Assembly: GCF_006345805.1 (NCBI RefSeq)
Contig: NC_043000.1
Span: 114,328,001 to 114,392,000, forward strand
Length of the DNA: 64,000 nucleotides
From: Octopus sinensis
Lineage: Eukaryota
Direction of reading: 5' to 3'
The notes under the pieces: generated by a model
What the model saw: only the letters and a program-made list of their open reading frames with translations
The model's database searches: none
What the model was told of the DNA's origin: nothing
Translations under genes and position numbers: made by a program
Shown: one piece after another, positions 47,687 through 59,499 of the stretch
Layout: every line of letters begins with the position of its first letter
Position numbering within the stretch: the stretch's first letter is position 1

Positions 47687-47809
47687 TATTAACGGAGCTG
47701 AAAAATCTCAAAACAGTTTTGAAATAATTAAGAGATTTAATTGATCCAGTGATGTAATATTTTATTTAATTCTTCTCTGGAACTATATATTACCAAAACT
47801 CCTCTTCTG

Positions 47810-48125
47810 AACCTACTAATAGCAACCAAATCTCCTTCAAATCAATCATATTCCTTTTAGGAAAAGAAATAAAGTTGATGGTAGGGGCACATCAAATATG
47901 GTTCTATGTACACTAAGTCTATTCAAATGTTAAACCGCTCTGAATCAACCAAAAAGACTCTACATGATTGTTCAATCTACTAGAAATAGCAACCAAGAGC
48001 TTCCTCAAATCATACCTATCATTTTAAAAACCGAAACATTTAATACAAACCTAGACACCCATAAAACAAGGGATGCCTTTGATCACAGGTCTGTTGAACT
48101 TGGGGTTGATTGGGGCTGAAGCCCT
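47810..48125 (+). mobile_element. Unclassified abundant repeat (CTAGAAATAGCA.CCAAATCTCC...TGATCA.AGGTCTG...GGGCT family)
   Basis: Related fragments occur at about 16420-16865, 17095-17300, 32790-32900, 43300-43375, 45770-45900, 51290-51575 and 52381-52550. Confidence 0.55.
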
Positions 48126-48619
48126 CCCCACTTTCCTTAACCACTAACCAACTGTAACAGTCTAAACATTAAGTTAACTATAATTCAAAATTTATGGATA
48201 TTGTTCCATCACTTCAATAAAATATTGAACCAATAAAGACATCAGTGGGAGGACCGTTACATAGAGGCCATCATGTAGATGGTGATGGTCATATTGACAA
48301 TGGACAACAATTATAGCACTGGCAATGTCTTAGAGAAGAAACTGGAATATTTCAACTGTCCCCTAAAACTGAACAGTTTTCTACAGGTGAAAGAATCTAC
48401 TGCATTGCTTACCTGGTCACAATGACATTTTTCCAGACTTCACTATACCTGCCTATTTAACACACTCGCACACCACTACCACCCAATAATAATTTCCGTT
48501 ATAATGATTTTTCTACTTGTTTGTAGTTAGTCGTCTGTAATTATATGTTGCAGTGAGAAAATGCACTGCTTTGTTGTTCCTGTGAAAGTGCATCAGGGTA
48601 AGATGGGTGCAAAAGTTCG

Positions 48620-49670
48620 TGGGAGAAGAGAGAGAGAGAAAGAAGATTGGTGGAAGTTCGCAGCATTCTGTGTGAAGTGTTGCTGAAGATTACTAATGAG
48701 TGGCAATTGAAAAGTCAGAAAGGAATTCCAGAGCAGTAAAAGTCTTTGAATGAAATGACTGTAAATGTTGTTTGGTGCAGAGCCTGGGGTAGAGAAAGAT
48801 GCAGTATGGCTGTTTGGTGCAGAGGTGGGAGGCTTAAGATTCGGTAACTAGTTTGGAAAAGGGTGGGATTAAAGTCAGAAGGTTGAAAAATACAGATGTT
48901 GTTGTAGTGACAACAAAAGTAGATTGATGAAAGACGTAGGTTGAAAGTAAGTTAGGGTCTGGAGATTATTTGAGCAAGAAAGACATAGAAGTTGGGAAGT
49001 GTAGGTGCTGATTGGCAGTTGGTGGTGGAGGATAAAGAGAGGCAGGAGAGAGAGAGATATGAGAAGGGGGTCGGTAGGTTGATAGAGTGCGATTGGAGAG
49101 AGGCCGGTAGAGTGTGGGCGGAGAGAAAGCTATATTGTTATCGTTTGTTCCTTCTCAAGCCATGCCTGGCTCATAAGGGCTGGTTTTCCAGTTTCATTGG
49201 CATATAGCTTCCCCAGTTGGACAGAACACCTGTCCATCACAGGTGAGCTGCTAGATGCAGGAAGAAAGAGTGAGAAGAAGTTGTGGTGAAAGAGTCAGGA
49301 GTTCACCATTATGTTCTGCCAGAGCCACATGGAACTTAGGTGTTTTGCTCATAAATATACACATCGCCTGGTTGGAGATTCGAACCCACGATCCCTCAAC
49401 CTTGAGTCTGCTGCTCTAACCACTAGGCCATGTGTCTCCTCAGAGAGAAAGCTATAGTGCAGGCAAAGTATGGCAATATAGGTAAGTTAAAGTGGAAGTG
49501 GTTCAGGGAAGAGGGTGATATAATTTGGTAACATAGAAAGGGTGGGGGTGGTCAATGCGAAATGTTAAGTGAAGATTGAAAGACAATGTTAGAATGAAGG
49601 ATGGAAGTCAATGGAAATGGTTCCAAGTAGTGAGAAAGATAACTGGTATCAGAGAAAAGATGATAAAATA
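48620..49670 (-). mobile_element. Heavily decayed CR1/L2-group LINE RT C-terminus, interrupted by a SINE
   Basis: Minus-strand remnants such as SSIYFCCHYNNIC and FIQRLLLLWNSFL resemble SSL.LFYRYY.G.C and FFPRT..LWNSLP. Many stops. Confidence 0.4.
49135..49442 (-). mobile_element. tRNA-SINE family D, 14-bp TSD
   Basis: GAGAGAAAGCTATA at 49121-49134 and 49443-49456. The body is homologous to 14483-14787. Confidence 0.88.
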
Positions 49671-49829
49671 TGTACTTTTACCCTCATTTGATTACAGCAG
49701 CAGAATATTGCAGTTGGCAAGTGATTGGGAGATTAGAGATGAAGAACAAGGAGTGGGGAAAGATCTGATGAGGAAATTTGGTGAAGGGCCCCAGTTGTGT
49801 TTATAGACATTATGCTTCCAAAATACTGT

Positions 49830-49972
49830 TTGCCAAGTACTTATTTTATTGGTCTCTTTTGCCGAACCGCTAAGTTACAGGGATGTAAACACACAAGCAT
49901 CGGTTGTCAAGCTATGTTGTGGGGACAAACACAGACACACAAACATATGTATATATATATATATATATATAC

Positions 49973-50030
<58 letters not shown>

Positions 50031-50042
50031 GAATATATATAT

Positions 50043-50074
<32 letters not shown>

Positions 50075-50240
50075 CGACAGGCTTCTTTCAGTTTCCATCT
50101 ACCAAATCCACTCGCAAGGCTTTGGTCAGCTCGAAGCTATAGTAGAAGACACTTGCCCAAGGTGCCACACAGTGGGACTGAACCCAGAACCATGTGGTTC
50201 GTAAGCAAGCTACTTACCACACAGCCACTCCTACGCCTAT
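49830..50240 (-). mobile_element. CORE-SINE with an expanded (AT)n linker (about 49945-50073)
   Basis: GAAGACACTTGCCCAAGGTGCCACACAGTGGGACTGAACCC...CTTACCACACAGCC. Confidence 0.85.
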
Positions 50241-50702
50241 GTTTATATATCCACATTTTTTTTTAATTAGTCATGCATTATCTCATACACTCAAGATTTT
50301 AATGTTCTTTTTATTCTTTTACTTGTTTCAATCATTTGGCTGCGGCCATGCTGGAGCACCGCCTTTATAAAAAAGTATTACATCGCCCGCAGAGGGATGT
50401 GCTTGTTTATTTTCAAAATGACATTGTTGAGTAAGTATGAGAGGCTGGATCTGGCCAGTTTGAATATAAACCAGAATATTTAGGCCAAATACGGTCATTT
50501 TAAATGCTAAAGGGTTAAATCAAGCAATGGATTAAGACTGCCATCAAACATTCCTGTAATGAGCTTCCACACAGTTTCTGCCCATAGGATTTCATTTGTG
50601 AGGCTTTGGTTGACCAGAGGCTATGTAAAGGCCATTTGTGCAAAATGCCATGAAGTGGAGTTGAACCTCAAGTGACACAGGACAAAACGTCTGTATTAAC
50701 AA

Positions 50703-50925
50703 CCCATTAAGTCCCACTGTCCTATAAATAGGACACTAAATGAGAACATTAAATCAGTTATATCACATTGTCCCAGTGCCCTATTTATAGGACACTGAGT
50801 ATTTTAATTTCTACTTGAAGTAAAGGAGATTTAATAATTATATTTTTCATTTTAACCTATTTTCAATCATCTGTAAAAATTTAAAAGTGTTAATCAGAAA
50901 TTTTAGTACTCTGGGACTTAATGTG
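50703..50925. mobile_element. piggyBac-like MITE (uninterrupted copy of the 10098-10514 family, opposite orientation)
   Basis: CCCATTAAGTCCCA ... TGGGACTTAATGTG|TTAA, with twin subterminal palindromes (A/C)(G/C)TGTCCTATAAATAGGACACT. Confidence 0.75.
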
Positions 50926-51239
50926 TTAAGAGAGATAACTTTAACTCAAGAGGATAATCATAACTGGAATGTTGACCAAACAATAAAACTCAATTTAGAT
51001 TGATATACGGGCTATCTCATATTTATTGCAACATTATTTTACACCTGGTTGACATTCCTAATGGCAGTAACTCAGCTGGGAAGTAACGATAATACATGCT
51101 TTCATCTCACAGTAAATTACTATTTCTAATGGAAGTATGATGTTGGAGAATTCTAGAGAATGGACATTAATAATGGAAAAGGATTAAGTCTTTCTTAAGG
51201 ACATCAACGGAGATATTGCAAGCAAAGTGAACTGGTAAC

Positions 51240-51496
51240 AAGAAATTATCGCCAAGTTACAATACACTTCAGTTGAGCTAATGAAGGAAAATCTACATGG
51301 TCACTCAACCTGCTAGAAATAGCATCCAAATCTCCTTCCAGTCATATCCTTCCATCTTTAAAATGGAAGAAATTATCACCAAGTTACAATACACTTCAGT
51401 TGAGCTAATGAAGGAAAATCTACATGGTCACTCAACCTGCTAGAAATAGCATCCAAATCTCCTTCCAGTCATATCCTTCCATCTTTAAAATGGAAG
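51240..51496. repeat. Recent 127-bp tandem duplication
   Basis: 51240-51366 and 51367-51493 differ at one position (GCC/ACC). AAG microhomology at the junction. Confidence 0.92.
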
Positions 51497-52842
51497 GCCA
51501 CACTGGATAATACAGTCCTTGATATATAAAATGACAAGATGCTTTTGATTGTAGGTCTGCTGGGTCAGGTTAATAATATTTCAGCCAATAAGCTATCACT
51601 TTAATATGGCATCAAACCAACTATCCTTTCTTAAACACCTTAAGGATAGAGTTGCGTCAGTCTTTGGGGAAATTTGTTAAGGAAACCATTTGTAGCATAT
51701 GAGATGTGAAATAGTGGAAAGTCATTTTTAGAATCTTGATTTCATTTAGCTAATGATATTGGCAATGGCTTTTACTGGAATCAATACTTTATCAAACATT
51801 GCTGCTGCAAAATGTCAAATGGCTTTTTTGTTGTGGTCATATGCAATGTGTGTGTATGAAAGAGTGTGCACATGTGTATGTGTGTGTACGTGTGGCAGTG
51901 TATTAGCTTGCTAAGTTGTAGCTGGATCAGTATCTTAATTGATGACTCACAGTGGTAGACAGATTACAGATGAGCTCAACAGCATCAATATGTTTAACCC
52001 TGACAATAAACCAGTTTGGAGCTTAAATATAAAAGGGATGGGCAGATTACCCTAGAGATTCTGATTAAGATAAGTTGATAGTCAGCTAGGCGCCTTTAAA
52101 TGAGTTTCCCTAATGACAAAGCAAATTTGATCAGAAACTCTTTTATCAAAACTGTCTTCTCTGAACATTTTATTCTGTTAAATACTTTTCTTTTTCATGT
52201 TTTTTTTTCTTGATATTGTTTTATTTTTATTCATCTTTTCAAAGAACATTTCTTTGGAACTGGTCACTCTGACATGAAGTATCAGAATATCTGTTTCATG
52301 AAACCAACTGTATTTTGGCACCTTTCTAAATATTGAAACCTACTTCCAGTTTCTGATTTCCGTGATATCACTGATTTCTTGTTTAGCCCCAGGTCAGTCC
52401 TGATCAAGCAGATCTATGAACAAAGAATATTCCAGTCATGAACATTGTCTTATTATCCTGTGTGTCCTTTTGTTTGAGACGGTAGGTGTGATTTGAAAGA
52501 GATTTGACTGCTATTTCTAACAGGTAGACTGACTATGTAGAAGTACCCTCATTGGCTTGTAATCAGTTTTACTTTTCTCTTTAGGTATAGAATAAGCAGG
52601 TCTCTGCCTTTAATATCCTTGTATCTAAAATCAGCAGAGCATTTGACAAAATCCTTGGCATTACATAATTATATCTCTAGCGCTTCCTTCATATAACAAT
52701 TTAACCACATAATCTAATAGCAATCCTTTACTCCTAGCTCTCACCACTGACACTCTTCTCCCTCTTTTCGCCTCACCCTCCAACCAACCACATGACAGTA
52801 TCACACATCTGACCTCAGCATATTAATATAAAGATAACGGTT

Positions 52843-53465
52843 TCTAATATAGGCATAAGTTTAGCAGTTTTGTGACCTCAGAAGTTGAAGATAATATAAA
52901 GTACCAGCACTCAACCGGTACTTTATTTTAATGACTCCTAACGAGGGGAAAGGCAAAGTGAACCTCAGCAGGATATAAACTCAGAAAACAAAGGGAGCTG
53001 AAATAAATACTGCAAAACATCTTTTACCAACTCTCACAATTTTGCTAATCCACTGTGTTAATATTAACAATGGTTTCCGATTTAGGAACAAGGCTTGCAA
53101 TTTTTAGTGAAGGGGATTAATCGATACTATCAACCCAAATACTTGACTGGTACTTTATTTTATTGACCCTCAAAGGATGAAAGGCAAAATTGATCTCAGA
53201 ACAAATAATACAGAACAAAAGTTACTTTTCTGATGCTCTGATAATTCTACCAGCTCACCATCTTAATAATTTTTTCTACTAAAGGCACAAGGCCTGAAAT
53301 TTGGGGGGAAGAGACTAGTTGATTACATCAATCCCAGTGTTTCACTGGTACTTAATTTACTGACCCTGAGAGGAAGAAAGGCGAAGTCAACCTCAGCAGA
53401 ATTTGAACTTAGAACAAAAAGACAGGTGAAATACTGCTAAGCATTTTGTCCAGCACAGTAACAAA
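52843..53465 (-). mobile_element. Head-to-tail array of three diverged Meta-domain SINEs
   Basis: Three AAAGGC.AA.T.A.CTCAG cores at about 52950, 53180 and 53380, with TAATAAT junctions. Confidence 0.75.
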
Positions 53466-54681
53466 TAATAATAATTTTGTAAATTGGTACAATGTTACAA
53501 ATTTGGTAGGGAAGGGGCAAGGCCTGCTCACCCAACTCCAGTCATTAACTGCTGTTTAATTGACTGATTCTGAATTAGATTCTATGAAAATGAAAATACT
53601 AATAATAACTTCTGATGTAAGAGTTATGCTTAAGATATTTGCAGAAAAAAATAAAAGGAATGTTGTACGTTTCCTGAGGATATTCACAAAGTTAAATAAA
53701 ATTACATAAATCAGAATTTAAAAGATATGGAAGAAAAGAGTGGGAAGGAGCCTCAGTTCACTTAATTCACCCCTATATTACAGCACCCAGCACTGACTTC
53801 TTAATTACACAGATAGCTTGAAGTAAAGCAATCTTCCTCTCTCTCCCTGTCTCACACACACACACAATGTACCTTATGCATCCAACCACAAGAACTCTCT
53901 AATGAGTTTGTAATTTGCCACACACACTTCCCACACATTCCCCACTAATCATTCCATCCATTTATCCAAACCCTCAATTCTATTTATATCTAAACTGATG
54001 ACTCAACATTGTCCTCTTCCTGTATCCTACCAGACATTTTTTCCTGTCAACCATCAATCAACAAAACAGATCCTTTCTAAAGTAAATGATAATAAATAGA
54101 AAAAAATAATAAATACATAAACTCACAATTCTGTTTTAAACAAAAACTCAAGAATGTCGGCGGATCAAATTATAAACACCCATAGAGGTACAAACCATCA
54201 TTTTCAGGGTCAACTTAACCTTACCCTACATTCCCAGCCATTCAAAACCCTTCAACAATAAAAGCCATCCAGTACTAGATTGTTGTGCGACAGCATTATT
54301 TCATGACTTAACAATATTTAAATTTTTTCTTTTTCCTTTTCAGAAACTAGAATCTAGAATTATCATTAAAATAGCAGAAACGGTTTCGTAGCAGCTAATT
54401 TAGGGAGAAGGGAATGGCAGGCGGCCTGTCATGTAATTGAATATTGCACTCTCCCAGGAGGTGCTACAAGTTATAGGTTTCTAATTCTATCTAAAATTGG
54501 TAGTTCTGTCTAAAAGTGTCTACTTTAGAATTATTATTCTATAAAGAGGTGTAAGCATGGCTGTTTGGTTACGAAGTTTGCTTCAGAATCATATGGTTGT
54601 GGGTTCACTCCCAAAGAAGAGATGCCATTGGCAGGTGCCTTTACTGTAACTTAGTTTAATCAAAGCCTTATTAATGAAATA

Positions 54682-54921
54682 CTTATTTCTTTATTGCCCA
54701 AAAGGGGCTAAACATAGAGGGGACAAACAAGGACATACAAACGGATTAAGTCGATTACATCGACCCCAGTGCTTAACTGGTACTTAATTTATCAACCCCG
54801 AAAGGATGAAAGGCAAAGTCGACCTCGGCGGAATTTGAACTCACAACGTACCAGCAGACGAAATACGGCTACGCATTTCGCCCGGCATGCTAACGTTTCT
54901 GCCAGCTCGACGCCTTTCAAT
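54682..54921 (-). mobile_element. Young Meta-domain SINE, 17-bp perfect TSD
   Basis: GCCTTATTAATGAAATA at 54665-54681 and 54922-54938. Inserted in a decayed CORE-SINE (about 54550-54980). Confidence 0.9.
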
Positions 54922-55169
54922 GCCTTATTAATGAAATATAGTAGAAGGAAACTGGAGGAAACCTGTTGTGTGTGTGTGTGTGTGTACATGCACATGCACG
55001 CATACATTCTTGTAGTTTGGACATTGCATTGATCCGTACCAAAAAGTTTCATTCAGACAATGTTGTTTGCATGCCGTCCTCTTTGAAATAATGTCCAAGC
55101 TATTTGACTGATAGACTAGCAGATCTGGTGTGGACATATGCAACACTGTGGTGCAGTGCTGCATTCACC

Positions 55170-55480
55170 ATTTGTCAGTATATTTCCAGGCTGACCAAAT
55201 CCTTCTGGGTGGATTTGATAGATGGAAACAGAAAGAAGCCAAGTGTGTGTGTGTGTGTGTGCACGCACACATGCATATGTGTGTGTGATGTTTATTCCAC
55301 ACTGCTTGACAACCAGTGTTGATTTCTTTACTTTCCCATAACTTAGTGGTTCAGCAAAAGAGACCAACAAAATAATTACCAGGCATAAAAAAGAAATAAG
55401 TACTGGGGTCAATTTGTTCAACTTAACTCTTCAAGGTGGTGCTCCAGCAAGGCCACAGTCCAAAGATACAACGTAAAAGA
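55170..55480 (+). mobile_element. CORE-SINE 3' portion
   Basis: GGATTTGATAGATGGAAACAGAAAGAAGCC(TG)n...GGTGCTCCAGCAAGGCCACAGTC. Confidence 0.7.
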
Positions 55481-55536
55481 TAAACACCAACTGCAGACAG
55501 TGATTAAGTAAGGCCATAATAATTCTTGGTTGGCAA

Positions 55537-55899
55537 GGCGGTGAGCTGGCAGAAATGTTAGCACACCGGACGCTTAGCAGTATTTCGTCTGTCTTTATGT
55601 TCTGAGTTCAAATTCCGCTGAGGTCGACTTTGCCTTTCATCCTTTCGGGGTCGATTAAATAAGTACCAGTTACACACTGGGGTCGACTTAATCCGTATGT
55701 CTGTCTTTGTTTGTCCCCTCTATGTTTAGCCCCTTGAAGGCAGTAAAGAAATATATATTGTGAGTTCAAATTCCACCGAGGTCCACTTTGCCTTTCATCC
55801 TTTCGGGGTCGATTAATTTATCAGTTGCATACTGGGGTCCATCTAATCAACTAGCCCCCTCCCCAAAAAATTTCAGGCCTTGTGCCTAGAGTAGAAAAG
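55537..55899 (+). mobile_element. Dimeric Meta-domain SINE inside a single 19-bp TSD
   Basis: AATAATTCTTGGTTGGCAA at 55518-55536 and 55900-55918 encloses head+core+linker followed by B-box+core+tail. Confidence 0.88.
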
Positions 55900-56292
55900 A
55901 ATAATTCTTGGTTGGCAATAATTAAACATGTTCAAATGAAAGGTGCGCCACACAAGTCTACTTGACAAAACAATTTCCTACACAATTTATTAATGGGTAG
56001 CTTGCGATTGGATAATATTTTTAATATCAGTAAAAGAAGAAACTTTGCATGGTTATACATCCTGTTAAATTCACCTAACCACATACTGTTGTTGCTAAAA
56101 CAAAATAGATATGTTAGATAATGAACATGTGTGTGTGTGTTTCTGTTATCTTTTACTTGTTTCAGTCATTTCATTGTGGCCATGCTGGGGCACCCCAGTA
56201 CTAATTTGTTTTTAAAGCCTGGTACACTATCAGCCTCTTTTGCCGAAATGCTAAGTTGCAAGGACATAAACATTTAGTCGGGGTACATGGTG

Positions 56293-56905
56293 CTGCAAGC
56301 TGATCTAGGTGTATGCACGCCATTTGTCAACAAATGGGATATATTTACCATGACAAGGTAGAGGAGTAGGGGCCGAAACTGGACGTGGTTCCTCCTGATG
56401 ATGTCTTGAGCTAACTGGATCCTACAAAAGGAGCTGTTGTGGTAGCAGACCACGAAACACGGTTGTAATTCCCCAGTGAGAAGCTTGCCCTGCCAGTTTG
56501 AATGTACCTCAAACATATTTGGACTGATGATAACATTACAATTTTACTTATCACTGCTTAGTGCTGCTCCCCGTCTGTAATTTACTAACAGTGAGCCACT
56601 TTATAGCGCTACCAGTCACTGTATGGTGACTGGAAAAGCATAAGAGAATCAATCTCTTCAATCAGCACATAGTGTCCCTGCCTAGAGGAGATAACTACAC
56701 TGAAATGCTAGCTTCTCACAGTCTGGGAAGGTGGCACTGCAAGCTGATCTAGGTGTATACACACCATTTGTCAACAAATGGGATATATTTTCCATGACAA
56801 AACACAGTAACTTGCTCCCCAGTTAGAACATGCCTCAAATATATTCCGATTGATGATACCATTACGATTTCACTTATCACTGCTTAGCGCTCCTCCCCCT
56901 CTGTA
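56293..56905. repeat. Imperfect direct repeat pair (56293-56580 and 56737-56905), unclassified
   Basis: CTGCAAGCTGATCTAGGTGTAT.CAC.CCATTTGTCAACAAATGGGATATATTT.CCATGACAA and TGATGATA.CATTAC.ATTT.ACTTATCACTGCTTAG.GCT.CTCCCC.TCTGTAA are shared. Copy 2 lacks about 130 nt internally. Confidence 0.8.
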
Positions 56906-56954
56906 AGCTCTTCCTGTAGTCAACCTTTACCAGTTTTACCAGTAAGGGATATTT

Positions 56955-57247
56955 GGATCTTTTCACTTTGACCGGCAGATTTTTAAAATCTGAGTAGACA
57001 CCGCAGGAAATTGTTGTTGACAAACAACAGCAGAAATTGTATTCACCTCAACAGACGTCATTGATTGGTTGAAATTGCTGAAATGCAAGAAATTTAACAA
57101 CAAATAGCTTACAAACTACAGAATTTTCTCAAGAAAGCCAAGAGAAAAAGATGTTTTATGTAACACATTCTACCAGTATACGAAGTTTAAAAGTGTTTAG
57201 TTACAAAGAAATTATTTTTAAAAATGCCGGTCAAAGTGAAAAGATCC
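56955..57247. mobile_element. MITE with perfect 23-bp TIR and a probable 8-bp TSD (Merlin-like candidate)
   Basis: GGATCTTTTCACTTTGACCGGCA and TGCCGGTCAAAGTGAAAAGATCC. Flanks GGATATTT (56947-56954) and AGATATTT (57248-57255). Confidence 0.8.
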
Positions 57248-58104
57248 AGATATTTTCATTCCACTAAGAGTGCAGAACTACAGGACATAACATCCACTAG
57301 CAATGTAAACACAACACTGTCTTATGATGAAAGCATCTCATGTGAACAAGTGAAAATGACAACTATATGGACATACCCAAACAAACAAACACTTCACACA
57401 CACACATGCTCATACATATGTTGTTTTGTTGTGAGCACACATTTTTAATACCAGTTCCCGGAATGGCCACAGCTGAAGGGCTGGAATATGTTGAAAAACA
57501 AAAAGTATACAATAAACTTTCAAACAGTTTCTGCTTAGTACTTCCACTCAAAAAGCCTTAGCCAGCCCAAGGAAACAATAAAAGACCTGACCAAGTTGCC
57601 ATGCTGTGAACTGAACCTAAGATCACATGGTTGCAAAATATACTTCTTAACCACCCAACCACACCTAAGTCTTGAACATTTTATCGGAAGTCTGATCAAT
57701 TGTTGATATGAGGGATAAACAACTAGTCAGGGGCCTGTCAAGATAAATATACAAGTACGTGCACACACACACACACACCCACAAAGACCAAGTGCATCAT
57801 CTATCAGTTTTATATAAACCAGTATTTAAAACAAAAACTGTCCACTCAGATATTTTAGTCAGGTTATGGAATGTCAGAGGAGATAACAAAAGCAGAGAGG
57901 AAGTGAATCACAGAATTATCGTACCACCATCTACAAGTTGTGTGAACCAACAACGGAACTTCTACATGGCCTTGGCCTGCAACAGATAACAACCAAAATC
58001 CTCTGAAGCCACACCTTTGTTTAGTGTTGGGTGCAGAAGACTAAACGTTTCTGTGACATTCCCTGTTGTCAATTGGTATGTTGGCAATAGAATTGATCAG
58101 GTAA

Positions 58105-58325
58105 TAAGGCAGCAAGCTGGCAGAAACATTAGCAAGTCAGGCAAAATGCATAGCAGTATTTCGTCTGAGTTCAAATTCCGTCGAGATCAACTTTGCCTTT
58201 CGTCCTTTCCAGGTTGATAAAATAAGTACCAGTTACGCACTGGGGTCAATGTAATCAACTTAATCCCTTTGTCTGTCCTTGTTTGTCCCCTCTATGTTTA
58301 GCCCCTTGTAGGCAATAAAGAAATA
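58105..58325 (+). mobile_element. Meta-domain SINE, 16-bp TSD with one mismatch
   Basis: AGAA(T/C)TGATCAGGTAA at 58089-58104 and 58326-58341. Confidence 0.85.
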
Positions 58326-58832
58326 AGAACTGATCAGGTAAAATACCTGTGCACTTGCTTGAAGACTTCAAGTTCATCACTTTTGGGAAGTACAAGGGAT
58401 TCATAGGATAGTGGCTACTTTAAAGATATTCACAGTGATGGTAGGGGTTTGTGATAGTGATGATGACAATGACAAAAAAATGATGATGAGGATTATGATG
58501 AGGAATATGAAATGACAACTCGTTAGAGGGCAATCAATGACAATGTTCCAGTATCATTAATTTGCCTAATTAGTCAATGTTGTAACCAAAAGATATTTTT
58601 GTTAGTTGTTCTGAGAACTTTGTTCTTCAATAGGGTGATCCAAAAATACACTCAACTAATTATTATTATTAATAATAATAATAATTAATACTCTAACACT
58701 ATAGTCATCTATCACTAGAAATTTTTGTAATTATCCATAAGTTAACAAATTAATTCAATAATTAAACTGTTTCTGGTATCAACTTGAGAGTAGATTAATC
58801 TAGTTTCCAGATACTGGTATTTAATTAAATAC

Positions 58833-59214
58833 ATACAGAAATAAATTTTTTATTCTCAAACGTGTGATAATGCTAATAAAATGTGGACAGGATAAATTAT
58901 CCATGCATTGCAGAAAAATGCGTCATCAGCCAGCCATGAGACTCGAACTCACATCCCTGTGAATACGCATCAAGTGCTTTACCATTAAGCTAAACTGCCC
59001 AGTAACAAATTCTTCTGCAATTTTAGAACTTATAAATTTAGCTTCATAAAACGCTAATGTTAAATTCAACTTGACGCATAATCACAGGGATGTGAGTTCG
59101 AGTCTCATGGGTGGTCGATAACGTATTTTTCTGCTATGTATGGATAATTTATCCTGTTCACAATATTTTGTTAGCATTATCATGTGTTTGAGAATAAAAA
59201 ATTTATTTCTGTAT
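58833..59214. mobile_element. Foldback element of two head-to-head tRNA-like units
   Basis: Arms 58833-58974 and 59070-59214 are inverted homologs (roughly 85-90% by eye). Each carries the B-box GTTCGAGTC facing outward. An A-box TAGCTTAATGG lies at 58992-58982 on the minus strand. Confidence 0.8.
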
Positions 59215-59499
59215 TTTTCAATACATCTCAACACTTCTAAAACAATCTTTGTTTACTTTCATCATAGGTTTACGTGTAGTTTAGAATAGGCATCAGGGAT
59301 GTTGCAAAGTGACCTCTGACATGCCAGCATCTTATCAAAGAAAAGAGAGATTTGCCTCTCATCTACTTAATATAATTCACTGGTCATGACAAGTAATGAA
59401 CCAACATAATTTAGACCAAAGAGTTGCAGCAGAACATTATTACTAAACCAAGAAACATCTAAAATTAACAAATGTGAAGGTGTTTGTAATGTTGCAAAT

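Noticed and set aside
56370-56475. GCCGAAAC / CTGATGA / GTGGT-AGCAG-ACCAC-GAAAC as a hammerhead
   Set aside because: The elements are not in a foldable order, the core before the hairpin is CUGUU, and stem I cannot form.
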